Assembly: GCA_035636885.1 (NCBI GenBank)
Contig: DASPYG010000019.1
Location: forward strand, 328-64,327
Length of the DNA stretch: 64,000 bases
DNA from: Candidatus Nitrosopolaris sp.
GTDB lineage: Bacteria; Chloroflexota; Dormibacteria; Dormibacterales; Dormibacteraceae
Direction of reading: 5' to 3'
Positions 35,599 through 46,421 of the stretch are shown here, piece by piece. The translations under genes and the position numbers were made by a program. The notes under the pieces are model-generated. The model was not told the DNA's origin. It was given only the letters and a program-made list of their open reading frames with translations, and did no database searches. The stretch's first letter is position 1; every line of letters starts with the position of its first letter.

Positions 35599-36152
35599 TC
35601 CGCCGGCCTCAGGCTGTCGGCCTCGTCGCGCAAGCGGCTCACCCCGCGGTGGATGAGGAGCTTGACGGCGCCCGCCGTCTTGCCCATCGCGACCGCGATG
35701 TCCTCGATCTTCATGTCCTCCTGGAACTTCAGCACCAGCGCCGTCTTCTGCTGGACGGGCAGCGCCTCGACAAGGGCCCAGATCCGGCGGATCTCGTCAC
35801 GGTGCGCGGCCTGCTCCTCGAGCGGTGGTTCGGCGATAGAAAGGTTGTGGAAGTCCTCCAGCGGAGATGACGGCCGCAGGGTCCGGTAGCGGTCGGCGAT
35901 GGCGTTGACCGAGATCTGATACAGCCAGGCAGCAAACGGTCGCCCCGTGTCCTGGTATCGGGGCATGGCCTTCAGAGCCTTCATGAAGATCTCCGAAGTG
36001 ACGTCTTCTGCCGCTGTTTGCTCCCTCACTCTTGAATACACGAATCGATAGATCTGCTGAAAGTGCCGGTCGTAGAGCGCCCCGAACTGACGGGGATCCC
36101 GCTTGGCCCTCTCGACGAGCTCGCGCTCGTCGTCGCGCTGCAGGTCGCTCAC
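35595..36152 (-). CDS. ECF-type sigma-70 family sigma factor
   Basis: FGALYDRHFQQIYRFVYSRV...AEDVTSEIFMKALKAM...AWLYQISVNAIADRYR and region 4 QQKTALVLKFQEDMKIEDIAVAMGKTAGAVKLLIHRG. Confidence 0.88.
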   Translation of the reverse strand: MSDLQRDDERELVERAKRDPRQFGALYDRHFQQIYRFVYSRVREQTAAEDVTSEIFMKALKAMPRYQDTGRPFAAWLYQISVNAIADRYRTLRPSSPLEDFHNLSIAEPPLEEQAAHRDEIRRIWALVEALPVQQKTALVLKFQEDMKIEDIAVAMGKTAGAVKLLIHRGVSRLRDEADSLRPAE

Positions 36153-36344
36153 TGGCTCTTCAGCCTGCGCCCGTTCAAACGAGGCGTCGCCCGAACTGGT
36201 TACAGGGCACCGGAAGGTGCATAGGCGGCATTTAGCTGTCGATTATCGGCGCGAGGCTCGGATGGTCTCACGACACATTCTGGTACCACAGCATCTTGTA
36301 GGCCCCGGTGACGCAGCCCCAACATCTGCTCGCATGGCGCCCGT

Positions 36345-36350
36345 TATAAT
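36345..36350 (+). promoter_or_regulatory. Candidate -10 box TATAAT upstream of purB
   Basis: Exact TATAAT 40 nt upstream of the purB TTG start. The -35 is weak. Confidence 0.3.
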
Positions 36351-36389
36351 CGCGCTGTCCCCAGTGTCCATTGGGAGCCGGCGCCTTAA

Positions 36390-37694
36390 TTGATCGAGCG
36401 ATACTCTCCGCCTGCGATTCGGGCGGTCTGGGCCGACCAGCACCGGTTTGAGCTGTTTCTTCGCATCGAGATCCTCGCGACCGAGGCGTGGGCGAGGCTC
36501 GGCCGTGTCCCCGAATCGGCCCTTCCGAAGATCCGCCAAGCCACATTCGACGCGGCGAAGATCGCCGAGGTCGAGGCCAGGGTCGGCCACGATGTGATCG
36601 CCTTCCTGACGGTCGTCAACGAGTCGATCGGCCAGCCCGAGGCCCGCTACGTCCACCTCGGCATGACGAGCCAGGACCTCAACGACACCGCCATGGCGGT
36701 GCAGATCGTCGAGTCGTCGAAGATCATCGATCGCGATCTGACCAGCGTGCGCGACGCCGCCGCCGAGCTGGCGGTGCGCCACCGCAAGACCCTGATGGCG
36801 GGCCGGACGCACGGTGTGGTGGCCGAGCCGACCACCTTCGGCTTCAAGGTGGCGGGCTGGGTCGCCGAGCTGGATCGCGCTCGGGCCCGTATCGAGGGCA
36901 CCACCGACGACGTCGCGGTGGGTCGCGTCAGCGGCGCGGTGGGCACGCATGCCACTGTCGATCCGCGCGTCGAGGAGTATGTATGCGCAGAGTTGGGCCT
37001 GAAGCCAGACCCCATCTCGACGCAGGTCGTGGCCCGGGATCGCCACGCGAGCTTCATGTCGTCGCTCGCGCTTGCGGCCGGGACACTGGAGCGAATCGCG
37101 ACCGAGATCCGCCACCTGCAGCGCAGCGAGGTCGGCGAGGCGTTCGAGCCGTTCGGCAAGCAGCAGAAGGGCAGCTCGGCGATGCCGCACAAGCGGAACC
37201 CGGTCATGACCGAACGCGTATGCGGGCTCGCGCGAGTTGTGCGCGGGCACCTGGTCACGGCTCTCGAGAACACCGCGCTCTGGCATGAGCGCGACATCAG
37301 CCACTCGTCTGCCGAGCGAATCATCTTTCCGGACGCGTGCGCCGCCGTCGATTACATGGCGCTCGAGATGGCCAAGGTGCTCAAGGGTCTCGAGGTGCGG
37401 CCTGATCGAATGCTCCGCAACCTTCAGTTCGGCGGCGGCGTTGTCTTCTCACAGCGCGTGATGCTGGCCCTCCTCGACAGCGGCATGTCACGCGAAGAGG
37501 CGTACCTGGTGGTGCAGCAGGCCGCGATGCGAGCGCTCGACGAGGAGGGTTCCGGCTTCCGCGAGGTTCTCGAGAAAGATGCCGACGTCATGCAGCGGAT
37601 CGGCGCCCGCCTCGATGAAGTGTTCGATCCCTGGGCGGGGCTGGAGCACACCGACCTCGCATACGAAAGGCTTGGCCTTGGTGTCGCTCATTGA
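36390..37694 (+). CDS. purB: Adenylosuccinate lyase
   Basis: IERYSPPAIRAVWADQHRF..., GSSAMPHKRNP signature. TTG start. Confidence 0.93.
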   Translation: MIERYSPPAIRAVWADQHRFELFLRIEILATEAWARLGRVPESALPKIRQATFDAAKIAEVEARVGHDVIAFLTVVNESIGQPEARYVHLGMTSQDLNDTAMAVQIVESSKIIDRDLTSVRDAAAELAVRHRKTLMAGRTHGVVAEPTTFGFKVAGWVAELDRARARIEGTTDDVAVGRVSGAVGTHATVDPRVEEYVCAELGLKPDPISTQVVARDRHASFMSSLALAAGTLERIATEIRHLQRSEVGEAFEPFGKQQKGSSAMPHKRNPVMTERVCGLARVVRGHLVTALENTALWHERDISHSSAERIIFPDACAAVDYMALEMAKVLKGLEVRPDRMLRNLQFGGGVVFSQRVMLALLDSGMSREEAYLVVQQAAMRALDEEGSGFREVLEKDADVMQRIGARLDEVFDPWAGLEHTDLAYERLGLGVAH

Positions 37695-37733
37695 TTGAGT
37701 CTCGATTGGCTGGGCCGCTATCGTGAACGGCCG

Positions 37734-38651
37734 ATGATCGCCGGGCCGGCATTAACCGAGACGGACCTTCCCCTCGAGCTCTTCTCGCGCGGCAAGGTGC
37801 GCGACACCTACGTGCTCGGTCCGGACCGCCTGCTCATGGTCGCCACCGACCGGCTCTCCGCTTTCGATCATGTCCTGCCGAACGGGATTCCCGACCGCGG
37901 CAAGGTCCTCACCCAGCTGTCCATCTACTGGTTCTCGCAAACGCACTCGTTCCAGGAGAACCACCTCGTGTCGGGCATGGTGCCCGACCTGCCGGCTGCT
38001 CTACTCGATCGCCGCGACGAGCTGGCGGGCCGCTTCATGATCGTGCGCAAGGCGAAGCGCATCGACTTCGAGTGCGTCGTCCGCGGATACCTCGCGGGCA
38101 GCGCATGGAAGGAATACCAGGAATCGCACACGCTCGCCGGCGACCCGATGCCGCCTGGGCTCCGCGAGAGCGAGCGCCTGGCCTATCCGACGTTTTCGCC
38201 GGCAACCAAGGCTGAGAACGGTCACGACGAGAACATCACATTCGCCCAGCTCAAGAAGGAGCTTGGCGACGAGCTCGCGACCAAGCTTCGCGACGCCAGC
38301 CTGGAGCTGTACAAGTTCGCATCGACGCTCGCCGAGCGGCGTGGGCTCATCCTCGCCGACACCAAGTTCGAGTTCGGGCTCATCGACGACGACCTGGTGC
38401 TGATCGACGAGGCGCTGACCCCCGACAGCTCGCGGTACTGGGAGATGGCGACTTATCAGATCGGCACTTCGCCTCAGAGCTACGATAAGCAGTTCGTTCG
38501 CGACTGGCTGACCAGGTCGGGCTGGGACAAGGAATCGGATCCGCCGCGCCTGCCGGAAGACATCGTCGCGCAGACGCGCGAGCGATACCTCACCGCATAC
38601 CATCGCCTCGTCGGCAAGCCCCTGTTTCCACCCAAGCCGCGCAACGAATAG
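37734..38651 (+). CDS. purC: Phosphoribosylaminoimidazole-succinocarboxamide synthase
   Basis: [31 protein letters not shown] preferred the ATG at 37734 over the TTG at 37695. Confidence 0.92.
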   Translation: MIAGPALTETDLPLELFSRGKVRDTYVLGPDRLLMVATDRLSAFDHVLPNGIPDRGKVLTQLSIYWFSQTHSFQENHLVSGMVPDLPAALLDRRDELAGRFMIVRKAKRIDFECVVRGYLAGSAWKEYQESHTLAGDPMPPGLRESERLAYPTFSPATKAENGHDENITFAQLKKELGDELATKLRDASLELYKFASTLAERRGLILADTKFEFGLIDDDLVLIDEALTPDSSRYWEMATYQIGTSPQSYDKQFVRDWLTRSGWDKESDPPRLPEDIVAQTRERYLTAYHRLVGKPLFPPKPRNE

Positions 38652-38917
38652 TGAGGGCAACTGCCAGGGTCATCGTCACGCCGAAACCCGTCGTCAACGA
38701 CCCGCAGGGCCTCACGGTCAAGCATGGTTTGATGACCCTCGGGTTTCGCGAGGTCGAAGACGTCCGCGTCGGCAAGTACATAGAGGTGAGCCTGGAGGCC
38801 GAAACCATGCACGAGGCGCGCGAGCGAGTCGAGGCGATGTGCCGCCAGCTCCTGGCCAACCACGTCATCGAAGACTTCCATTTCGAGCTCGACCACGAGG
38901 GAAACAAGCGTCGATGA
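38651..38917 (+). CDS. purS: FGAM synthase subunit PurS
   Basis: 88 aa, [29 protein letters not shown] overlaps the purC stop. Confidence 0.88.
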   Translation: MRATARVIVTPKPVVNDPQGLTVKHGLMTLGFREVEDVRVGKYIEVSLEAETMHEARERVEAMCRQLLANHVIEDFHFELDHEGNKRR

Positions 38918-39618
38918 AATTCGGAGTCGTTGTTTTTCCAGGGACCTGGTCCGATCGCGATTGCGGCTGGGTCATCGACCAGGTGGTCGGCGCGCAGCTC
39001 CAGTACCTGTGGCACAAGGACGCAGATCTGAAGGGCTGCGACTGTGTCATCCTGCCGGGCGGCTTTGCATATGGCGACTATCTGCGCACCGGTGCGATCG
39101 CGCGATTCGCGCCGGTGATGGAGTCGATCGGCGAGTTCGCGGATCGCGGAGGGCTCGTGTGGGGAATCTGCAACGGCTTCCAGATCCTCTGCGAGGCGGG
39201 CCTGCTGCCAGGAGCGCTGGTCCGCAACTCCTCGCTGGAATATCGCTGCGAATGGACGCACCTCATGGTCGAGCGCGCGGACCTTCCATTCACCTCCGTC
39301 TGCTCTGAGCGCGAGGTGATTCGCGTACCCATCTCGCACGGTGAAGGCAGCTACTTCGCCGAACCCGCTGTGCTCTCGCGCCTGGAGCAGAACGGGCAGG
39401 TTGTCTTCCGTTACTGCGACTCTGGCGGCCGTGTGGTACCCAGCTCGAACCCCAACGGCTCACTTCACAACATCGCCGGCATCATCAACAAACGCGGCAA
39501 CGTGCTCGGGATGATGCCGCACCCGGAGCGCTGCGCGGAGGCCGACCTTGGCGGCGCGGACGGCGTCAAGCTCTTTCGCTCGGTCGCGGGCAATGCAATG
39601 AGGATGCTGGTTTCTTGA
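38914..39618 (+). CDS. purQ: FGAM synthase glutaminase subunit PurQ
   Basis: [26 protein letters not shown] (catalytic Cys), MMPHPER. ATGA overlap with purS. Confidence 0.92.
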   Translation: MKFGVVVFPGTWSDRDCGWVIDQVVGAQLQYLWHKDADLKGCDCVILPGGFAYGDYLRTGAIARFAPVMESIGEFADRGGLVWGICNGFQILCEAGLLPGALVRNSSLEYRCEWTHLMVERADLPFTSVCSEREVIRVPISHGEGSYFAEPAVLSRLEQNGQVVFRYCDSGGRVVPSSNPNGSLHNIAGIINKRGNVLGMMPHPERCAEADLGGADGVKLFRSVAGNAMRMLVS

Positions 39619-41807
39619 GCCTCGACACGGTGGATGCCCGACGGCTGCGCGAGGTAGCTCTCACGCCGGACGAGTATCGCGTGATCGTGGAGAAGCTGCG
39701 ACGGCCGCCGAACGCGGTCGAGCTGGGGATGCTCGGCGTCCTTTGGTCGGAGCACTGCTCGTACAAGACCTCGAAGGCCTTGCTGCGGCGCCTACCTTCC
39801 AGTGGAGAAGCCGTGCTGCAGGGCCCGGGCGAGAACGCCGGCGCGGTCGAGGTCGGGCAGGGTTGGGCTGCGGTGTTCAAGATCGAGTCTCACAACCATC
39901 CGTCCGCAATCGAGCCATACCAGGGCGCCGCCACCGGGGTCGGCGGCATCATCCGCGACGTCATCGCGATGGGTGCGAGGCCGATCGCGCTGCTCGACTC
40001 GCTCCGGTTTGGTCCGCTGCCCGCGTCCCGCCGCCATTTCGATGGCGTCGTGGCCGGCATCGGCGGTTACGGGAACTGCATAGGGATCCCGACGGTGGGC
40101 GGGGAGGTGTACTTCGACGAGTGCTACGAGCAGAACCCGCTCGTCAACGCCATGTGTGTCGGGCTGGTGCGGGTCGAGAGGCTCATGCGCGCCCGAGCGG
40201 AGGGCACCGGCAACAGCCTGATGCTCGTCGGCGCCGACACGGGCAAGGACGGCATCCATGGCGCCTCATTTGCGTCGGTGGAGCTCGACGAGTCCAGCTC
40301 TGAGCGCCGACCCGCCGTGCAGGTCGGGAACCCTTTCCTCGAGAAGTGCCTGCTCGAGGCGTGCATGGACCTCGGCCACACCGACGCCGTGGTCGCAGTG
40401 CAGGACCTGGGCGCAGCCGGCCTGACCTCGTCGGTCGCCGAATGCGCCGGGCGGGTTCCTGGAGCGGGGGCGCGAATAGACGTCTCGCTCGTGCCGCGCC
40501 GTGAGCGCGCGATGACGCCGTACGACGTGATGCTCTCGGAATCGCAGGAGCGCATGCTCGTCGTGGTCCAGCGCGGCCGCGAGGCCGAGGTGGAGCGCAT
40601 CTTCCAGACCTGGGACCTCACCTCGGCGGTCATCGGCGACGTCACTGACGACGGCCAGCTGACGGTCTTCGACGGCGAAGAGCTGGTGGCCCGGCTGCCG
40701 ATCGATCTGCTCACCGACGGCGCCCCGCTCCGGAGGCTGGCCGGGATCTCGCCAGACCCGCCGCCCTCGCTGCACCTGGATTCGCTGACGCCGCTCATCG
40801 ACGCGGGCCAATCGCTGCTGCGCCTGCTCGCGAGCCCGAACCTCTGCAGCCGCCGACCGATCTTCCGCCGCTACGACCACATGGTGGGCGACTCCACGAT
40901 CGTCCCACCCGGGGGAGATGCCGCGCTCCTGCGCATCAAGGGCACCCGCCTGGGGCTGGCGATGACGACCGACTGCAACGCACGCTATTGCCACCTGGAT
41001 CCCAACCTCGGCGCGCAGCACGCAGTGGCCGAGGCTGCACGCAACATCGTCGCCACCGGCGCCCGCCCGCTCGCGGTCACCGACTGTCTCAACCTCGCGA
41101 ATCCCGATCGGCCCGAGGTGTACTGGGAGCTGGAGGAGACGATCGCCGGCCTGGCGTCCGCGTGCCGGGCGCTGGAGGTCCCGATCGTCAGCGGGAACGT
41201 GAGCCTGTATAACGACTCGGAGGGCCGGTCCCCTATCCATCCGACTCCCGTGGTCGGCATGATCGGCATCATCGACGACTACGGCCGCCGCCTCGAGGCG
41301 GGATTGAAGCACGAGGGCGACTTCGTGCTGCTGGTGGGATCGAGCCACAACGACCTCGGCGGCAGCGAGTACCTCAAGGTCGAGCATGGAACCGTCGCCG
41401 GTCGCCCGCCTGGTCTCGACCTCACGCGTGAGGCGGCCGTCAACCGTCTGATCCTGGCCGCGGCCAAATCCGGCCACCTTCGCTCAGCGCACGACTGCGC
41501 CGAGGGAGGCATGCTCGTGGCCCTGGCCGAGTGCTGCCTGCTCGGGGGCCTGGGCGTGAGATGTCCGGCGATGCGGCCCGAACCCCCTCTTCGACTCGAC
41601 GCTGCGTTCTTTGGCGAGACCCCCGGCCGCTTCATCGTCAGCGCGCCGTCGCGCGCGATGCCCGAGCTCCAGACCCTCGCGCGCCGTCACCACGTCGAGA
41701 TCTCTCTCCTCGGCATGGCGGGAGGGGAGACGGTTGAGTTCGAGGGCCAGTTCCGGCTGTCCCTGGCTGAGATGCGGCAGGCGTGGGAAGGAGGTCTCCT
41801 CCACTAA
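39615..41807 (+). CDS. purL: FGAM synthase subunit PurL
   Basis: [46 protein letters not shown] overlap with purQ. Confidence 0.93.
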   Translation: MSLDTVDARRLREVALTPDEYRVIVEKLRRPPNAVELGMLGVLWSEHCSYKTSKALLRRLPSSGEAVLQGPGENAGAVEVGQGWAAVFKIESHNHPSAIEPYQGAATGVGGIIRDVIAMGARPIALLDSLRFGPLPASRRHFDGVVAGIGGYGNCIGIPTVGGEVYFDECYEQNPLVNAMCVGLVRVERLMRARAEGTGNSLMLVGADTGKDGIHGASFASVELDESSSERRPAVQVGNPFLEKCLLEACMDLGHTDAVVAVQDLGAAGLTSSVAECAGRVPGAGARIDVSLVPRRERAMTPYDVMLSESQERMLVVVQRGREAEVERIFQTWDLTSAVIGDVTDDGQLTVFDGEELVARLPIDLLTDGAPLRRLAGISPDPPPSLHLDSLTPLIDAGQSLLRLLASPNLCSRRPIFRRYDHMVGDSTIVPPGGDAALLRIKGTRLGLAMTTDCNARYCHLDPNLGAQHAVAEAARNIVATGARPLAVTDCLNLANPDRPEVYWELEETIAGLASACRALEVPIVSGNVSLYNDSEGRSPIHPTPVVGMIGIIDDYGRRLEAGLKHEGDFVLLVGSSHNDLGGSEYLKVEHGTVAGRPPGLDLTREAAVNRLILAAAKSGHLRSAHDCAEGGMLVALAECCLLGGLGVRCPAMRPEPPLRLDAAFFGETPGRFIVSAPSRAMPELQTLARRHHVEISLLGMAGGETVEFEGQFRLSLAEMRQAWEGGLLH

Positions 41808-43238
41808 ATGTGCGGGGTGTTTGGGATCTGCGCTGCGCGCGGGGTGGACGTCGCCAACATCACCTACTTCGGCATGTTCGCGCTGCAGCATCGAGGCCAG
41901 GAGTCGGCCGGCATCGCGGTGTCGGACGGGACCAACGTACGCGTGCATCGCGGCATGGGTCTGGTGGCGCAGGTGTTTTCGCCGCAGACGGTTCGCGAGA
42001 TGGGCGAGGGCTCGATCCTCGCTCTCGGCCACACCCGCTACTCGACCACCGGTTCGAGCCGGGCGGAAAACGCGCATCCGCTGCCGTTCCATCACCCGCA
42101 GCTCGGACCCGGCGCCATCGCGCACAACGGAAATCTCCTGAACGCGGAGGCGCTGCGCAAGCAGCTCGAAGAGCAGGGCGCGACGTTTGACTCGGGCCTC
42201 GATACGGAGGTCATGGCGAGGCTCATCGAGCACACGCATGGACGCACGTGGGAGGAGGTGATCCGAAAGACCTTCGCGCGCGTGGTCGGCGCGTACTCAT
42301 GCGGGATCATCACGCCGACGCAGCTGATCGCACTGCGCGACCCGTTCGGGTTCCGGCCGCTGTGCATCGGCTTCATCCCTCTGCCTGGCCAGCCCGCCCA
42401 TGTCATCGCGTCCGAGACGTGCGCGCTCGACACCGTGAACGCGACCTTCGTGCGCGAGGTGCAGCCCGGCGAGATGGTGGTGATGGACGAGCACGGGGTC
42501 CACAACCTCGCCTTCCAGACCTCGACCAAGCATGCAATGTGTGTGTTCGAGTTCATCTACTTCGCCCGGCCCGACTCCATCCTCAAGAACTGCGAGCTCG
42601 AGGAGGCCAGGATTCGTATGGGCAACGAGCTCGCGAAAGAGGCACCGGTCGAAGCCGACATGGTGATCGCGTTCCCAGACTCGGGTACGCCGGCGGCGAT
42701 CGGCTATGCGGAGGCTGCGGGCATACCCTTCCGTGAGGCGTTGATGAAGAGCCGCTATATCAACCGCACCTTCATCCAGCCCGATCAGTCGCTGCGCGAG
42801 GCGGGCGTCATGCTCAAGCTCAACGCGCTGCCGCGGTCGATCAAGGGCAAGCGCGTGATCGCGGTCGACGACTCGATCGTTCGAGGCACCACATCACGCC
42901 GGATCATCGAGCGCCTGCGCACCGCTGGCGCAAGCGAGATCCACATGCGCATCTCCAGCCCGCCGATGCGCTTCCCATGCTTCATGGGAGTGGATATCGG
43001 CTCGACCAAGGAGCTGATCGCGGCGGGGCGCACGGTGGAGGAGGTGCGGACCCATATCGGCGCCGACAGCCTCGCGTATCTGTCCATCCCGGGTCTCATG
43101 CGCGCCATCGGGCGCGGCACGGCGGAGCAGTTCTGCCGGGCCTGTTTCGACGGCTCCTACCCCGTGCCGGTCCCGCAGCAGCTCTCGATGGATAAGATGC
43201 AATTCGAGTCGCCTTTGCCAAGCGGAACCAATACGTGA
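41808..43238 (+). CDS. purF: Amidophosphoribosyltransferase
   Basis: MCGVFGI N-terminal nucleophile and PRPP motif VIAVDDSIVRGTTS. Confidence 0.93.
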   Translation: MCGVFGICAARGVDVANITYFGMFALQHRGQESAGIAVSDGTNVRVHRGMGLVAQVFSPQTVREMGEGSILALGHTRYSTTGSSRAENAHPLPFHHPQLGPGAIAHNGNLLNAEALRKQLEEQGATFDSGLDTEVMARLIEHTHGRTWEEVIRKTFARVVGAYSCGIITPTQLIALRDPFGFRPLCIGFIPLPGQPAHVIASETCALDTVNATFVREVQPGEMVVMDEHGVHNLAFQTSTKHAMCVFEFIYFARPDSILKNCELEEARIRMGNELAKEAPVEADMVIAFPDSGTPAAIGYAEAAGIPFREALMKSRYINRTFIQPDQSLREAGVMLKLNALPRSIKGKRVIAVDDSIVRGTTSRRIIERLRTAGASEIHMRISSPPMRFPCFMGVDIGSTKELIAAGRTVEEVRTHIGADSLAYLSIPGLMRAIGRGTAEQFCRACFDGSYPVPVPQQLSMDKMQFESPLPSGTNT

Positions 43239-43359
43239 GTCGTCTTCCGCTGGGGCCGCCGCGCGAAGCGCGGGAGGGACAAATGCAGTTCGAGATGCCG
43301 CCCAAGTCGGATCACATCGCAGGCCCGCCCTCCCCCTCGCTTATCGAACTCAAAAGCTG

Positions 43360-44340
43360 ATGGCCGGGGAAGGGCTGTCGTACGCCGCGGCCGGCGTCGA
43401 CATCGAGGCGTACGAGCGAGTGCTGGAGCGCGTCAAGCCGCTGATCGCGGCGACCCACGGCGAAGAGGTGGCGCGCGGCGTAGGGCCGTTCGCGGGCCTT
43501 TTCGCCCTACCTGGCGGCGGTCACCTGGCGGCGAGCGCCGACGGCGTCGGCACCAAGATCAAGGTCGCGATCGCGGCGGCCTCGCACCTGGGAATCGGCG
43601 TCGACATCCTCAACCACTGCGTCAACGACATCGCGACCGCCGGCGCGCGGCCGCTGTTCTTCCTGGATTACTTCGCCACCGGCAAGCTCGACCCTGCCGT
43701 GTTCACGCAGGTGATCGAGGGCATGACGATCGCGTGCCGCGAAGCCGGCTGCGCGCTGCTCGGCGGCGAGACGGCCGAGATGCCGGGTGTGTACGCGCTT
43801 GGCGACTACGACCTGGCGGGCTTCATCGTGGGGATGGTCCCGCCCGGCCTCATGAGGGATCCGAAAGAGATTCGCGCGGGCGACCTGCTCATCGGGCTCC
43901 CGTCGAGCGGGCTCCACACCAACGGCTTCTCGCTGGTTCGCAAGGTGTTCGAGGGCGTTCCCCTCACCAACGTGTATCCGGAAATCGGTCGGCCCCTTGG
44001 CGAAGAGCTTCTCGAGCCACACCGGTCGTACCTGCAAGAGCTGGGCTCGATCGCGTGGAAAGGCGCCGCGCACATCACCGGCGGCGGTATCTACGGCAAC
44101 CTGCCGCGGTGCCTGCCCGAAGGGCTGGGCGCCCGCCTCGGGCGGCGTTCCTGGGTGGAGCCGGCAATCTTCGAGCTGGTCCGCAAGCGCGGCCGCATCG
44201 CCGACGACGAGATGTTCGGCACGTTCAACATGGGCCTGGGGATGATAATGGTCGTCGATCCGGACGAGGTGCCGCGCAGCGCCCAGGTGGTGGGCGAGGT
44301 AGTGCAGCACAAGACGGGCGAACGCGTGGTGATCAGCTAG
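43360..44340 (+). CDS. purM: Phosphoribosylformylglycinamidine cyclo-ligase
   Basis: SYAAAGVDIEA..., DGVGTK, LNHCVNDIATAGARPLFFLDY. Confidence 0.93.
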   Translation: MAGEGLSYAAAGVDIEAYERVLERVKPLIAATHGEEVARGVGPFAGLFALPGGGHLAASADGVGTKIKVAIAAASHLGIGVDILNHCVNDIATAGARPLFFLDYFATGKLDPAVFTQVIEGMTIACREAGCALLGGETAEMPGVYALGDYDLAGFIVGMVPPGLMRDPKEIRAGDLLIGLPSSGLHTNGFSLVRKVFEGVPLTNVYPEIGRPLGEELLEPHRSYLQELGSIAWKGAAHITGGGIYGNLPRCLPEGLGARLGRRSWVEPAIFELVRKRGRIADDEMFGTFNMGLGMIMVVDPDEVPRSAQVVGEVVQHKTGERVVIS

Positions 44341-44347
44341 CCCGGTC

Positions 44348-44923
44348 ATGAGACTGGGGGTCGTCGTCTCGGGCAAAGGCTCCAACCTCCGCAACCTCGT
44401 TGAGCGGGATTTCGATGTTGTCGCCGTGGCCACCAACCGTCCATCGTGCGGAGGCGCCGCCTACGCGCGCGAGCGTGGCATCCCTCTCGGAGAGCTTTCG
44501 CTCAAGCGCTTCTCGTCGGAGGAGGAGCGTGATGAGACGATGCGCGAGTTCTTCAAGGCACACGGAGTCGAGCTCGTCGTCGACGCGGGCTACGACCGAA
44601 TCCATACGCGGCCGTTCCTCGAGGCGTTTCGAGGCCGCATCATCAACGTCCACCCGTCGCTCCTGCCCCAGTTTGGCGGCGGAATGGATGCGGTCGAGCA
44701 GGCGCTGGTTGCCGGCGTCGACGTCACCGGTGCGACGGTGCACCTCGTGACCGAGGATCTCGATGGCGGCCCGATTCTGACCCAGGAGCGGGTCCCGGTC
44801 TTGAAAGGCGATACGGTGGAGACGCTGCGCGGGCGAATCCACGAAGCCGAGCACAGGATTCTTCCCGCGGCCATCCGATTGTTGGAGGCAAAACTTGCCC
44901 AGAGCCCTGCTGTCGGTCAGTGA
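44348..44923 (+). CDS. purN: Phosphoribosylglycinamide formyltransferase
   Basis: RLGVVVSGKGSNL, IINVHPSLLPQFGG, ATVHLVTEDLDGGPIL. Confidence 0.92.
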   Translation: MRLGVVVSGKGSNLRNLVERDFDVVAVATNRPSCGGAAYARERGIPLGELSLKRFSSEEERDETMREFFKAHGVELVVDAGYDRIHTRPFLEAFRGRIINVHPSLLPQFGGGMDAVEQALVAGVDVTGATVHLVTEDLDGGPILTQERVPVLKGDTVETLRGRIHEAEHRILPAAIRLLEAKLAQSPAVGQ

Positions 44924-46421
44924 CAAGAGCGGGCTGACGGGGTTCGCGCGCGGGCTCCACCGTCTCGGCTTCGAGCTCTATGCGACCGGCAACACCCTTA
45001 AGGCGCTCGCGGATGCCGCGCTCGATGCGCATCCGGTTTCCGACCTGACCGGATTCCCCGAGATGATGGACGGCCGAATCAAGACCCTTCACCCCGGCGT
45101 TCACGCCGGCCTGCTGGCCCGGCGCGACAAGCCCGAGCACATGGCGGCTCTCGAAACGCATGGGCTCAAGACCATCGACCTGCTCTGCTGCAACCTGTAT
45201 CCGTTCGTCGAAACGGTGAGCCGGCCGGCCGTCGATTTCGAGGAGGCGGTGGAGCAGATCGACATCGGCGGGCCGGCCATGATCAGGGCAGCGGCCAAGA
45301 ACCACGAGGGCGTCGTGGTCGTCGTGCGGCCCGAGCGTTACACGGAGGTGCTTGGCGCCCTGCAGGGCGCGGGGGCGGACCTCACGATGAGGCGGCGGCT
45401 GGCCGCGGAGGCCTACGCGCACACGGCCGCGTACGACTCGTGGATCGCGGCGTTCATGCGTGCTTCCGACGACAAGGGTTTTCCGCCCGAGCTGTCATTT
45501 GCAGGCCAGCTTGCGGAAGCGCTGAAGTACGGCGAGAACGAGCACCAGCGGGCCGCCTTCTACAGGTTCGGCCCTCACCCGGGCGGCCTTGGCGGCGCGG
45601 AGCAGCTGCAGGGCAAGGAGCCTGGCTTCAACAACATCCAGGACGCTGCCGCGGCGCTTTCGCTCGTGAACGACTTCGACCGCCCGGCCGCCGCGATCAT
45701 CAAGCACATGAACCCTTGCGGGCTGGCGGTGGCGCAGGACATCGCGACGGCGTATCGCATGGCGTACGAGTGCGACAAGGTTTCCGCGTTTGGCGGCGTG
45801 GTCGCTGTCAACAGGCCGCTGGACCGGTCGACTGCCGAGATGATCGTTCAGATCGTCACCCACGTCGTCATCGCACCCGCGGTGCTCGAAGAGGCGATCG
45901 AGACCCTCGCCCGCCGCAAGACAATGGTCGTGCTCGCGGCGGAAGAGGGAGCCCGCGGGCTGTTCGACTACGACGTGCGCACGGTCGCCGGAGGCTTCCT
46001 CGTGCAGGAGTGGGACCGGGCCGGGTTCGACCGCGCGTCGTGCACGGTGGTCACGAGGCGGCAGCCCACCGAGCAGGAGTGGGAGCAGCTCGGGCTGGCG
46101 TGGACGGCGGTGAAACACGTGAAGTCGAATGCGATCGTTCTCTTCAAGGACTGCGCCGCGGTCGGCGTTGGAGCGGGCCAGATGTCGCGCGTCGAAGCGG
46201 TGCAGATCGCCGTGCAGCGCGCCGGCGAGCGGGCGGCCGGCTCCGTGATGGCGTCCGACGCCTTCTTTCCTTTTTCCGATGGGCTGGAAGAGGGAACCCG
46301 TGCTGGGGTCACCGCGGCGATCCAGCCCGGCGGCTCGATGAAGGACGACGAGGTCATCGCGGCCGCCAACGCGGCCGGCATCGCAATGGTGGTGACCGGC
46401 CGGCGCCACTTCCGACACTGA
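44895..46421 (+). CDS. purH: Bifunctional AICAR transformylase / IMP cyclohydrolase
   Basis: ALLSVSDKSGL..., TLHPGVHAGLL, C-terminal RHFRH. TTG start preceded by GGAGG; it overlaps purN by 29 nt. Confidence 0.93.
   Translation: MPRALLSVSDKSGLTGFARGLHRLGFELYATGNTLKALADAALDAHPVSDLTGFPEMMDGRIKTLHPGVHAGLLARRDKPEHMAALETHGLKTIDLLCCNLYPFVETVSRPAVDFEEAVEQIDIGGPAMIRAAAKNHEGVVVVVRPERYTEVLGALQGAGADLTMRRRLAAEAYAHTAAYDSWIAAFMRASDDKGFPPELSFAGQLAEALKYGENEHQRAAFYRFGPHPGGLGGAEQLQGKEPGFNNIQDAAAALSLVNDFDRPAAAIIKHMNPCGLAVAQDIATAYRMAYECDKVSAFGGVVAVNRPLDRSTAEMIVQIVTHVVIAPAVLEEAIETLARRKTMVVLAAEEGARGLFDYDVRTVAGGFLVQEWDRAGFDRASCTVVTRRQPTEQEWEQLGLAWTAVKHVKSNAIVLFKDCAAVGVGAGQMSRVEAVQIAVQRAGERAAGSVMASDAFFPFSDGLEEGTRAGVTAAIQPGGSMKDDEVIAAANAAGIAMVVTGRRHFRH

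Noticed and set aside
43239-43359. Sixth, degenerate copy of the structured repeat family between purF and purM
   Set aside because: Only short patches resemble the family (GCCGCCCAAGTCGG vs GCCGCCAAGCGTGG, plus a CCGCGC-GAA-GCGCGG hairpin). The similarity is too weak to call without a statistical alignment.
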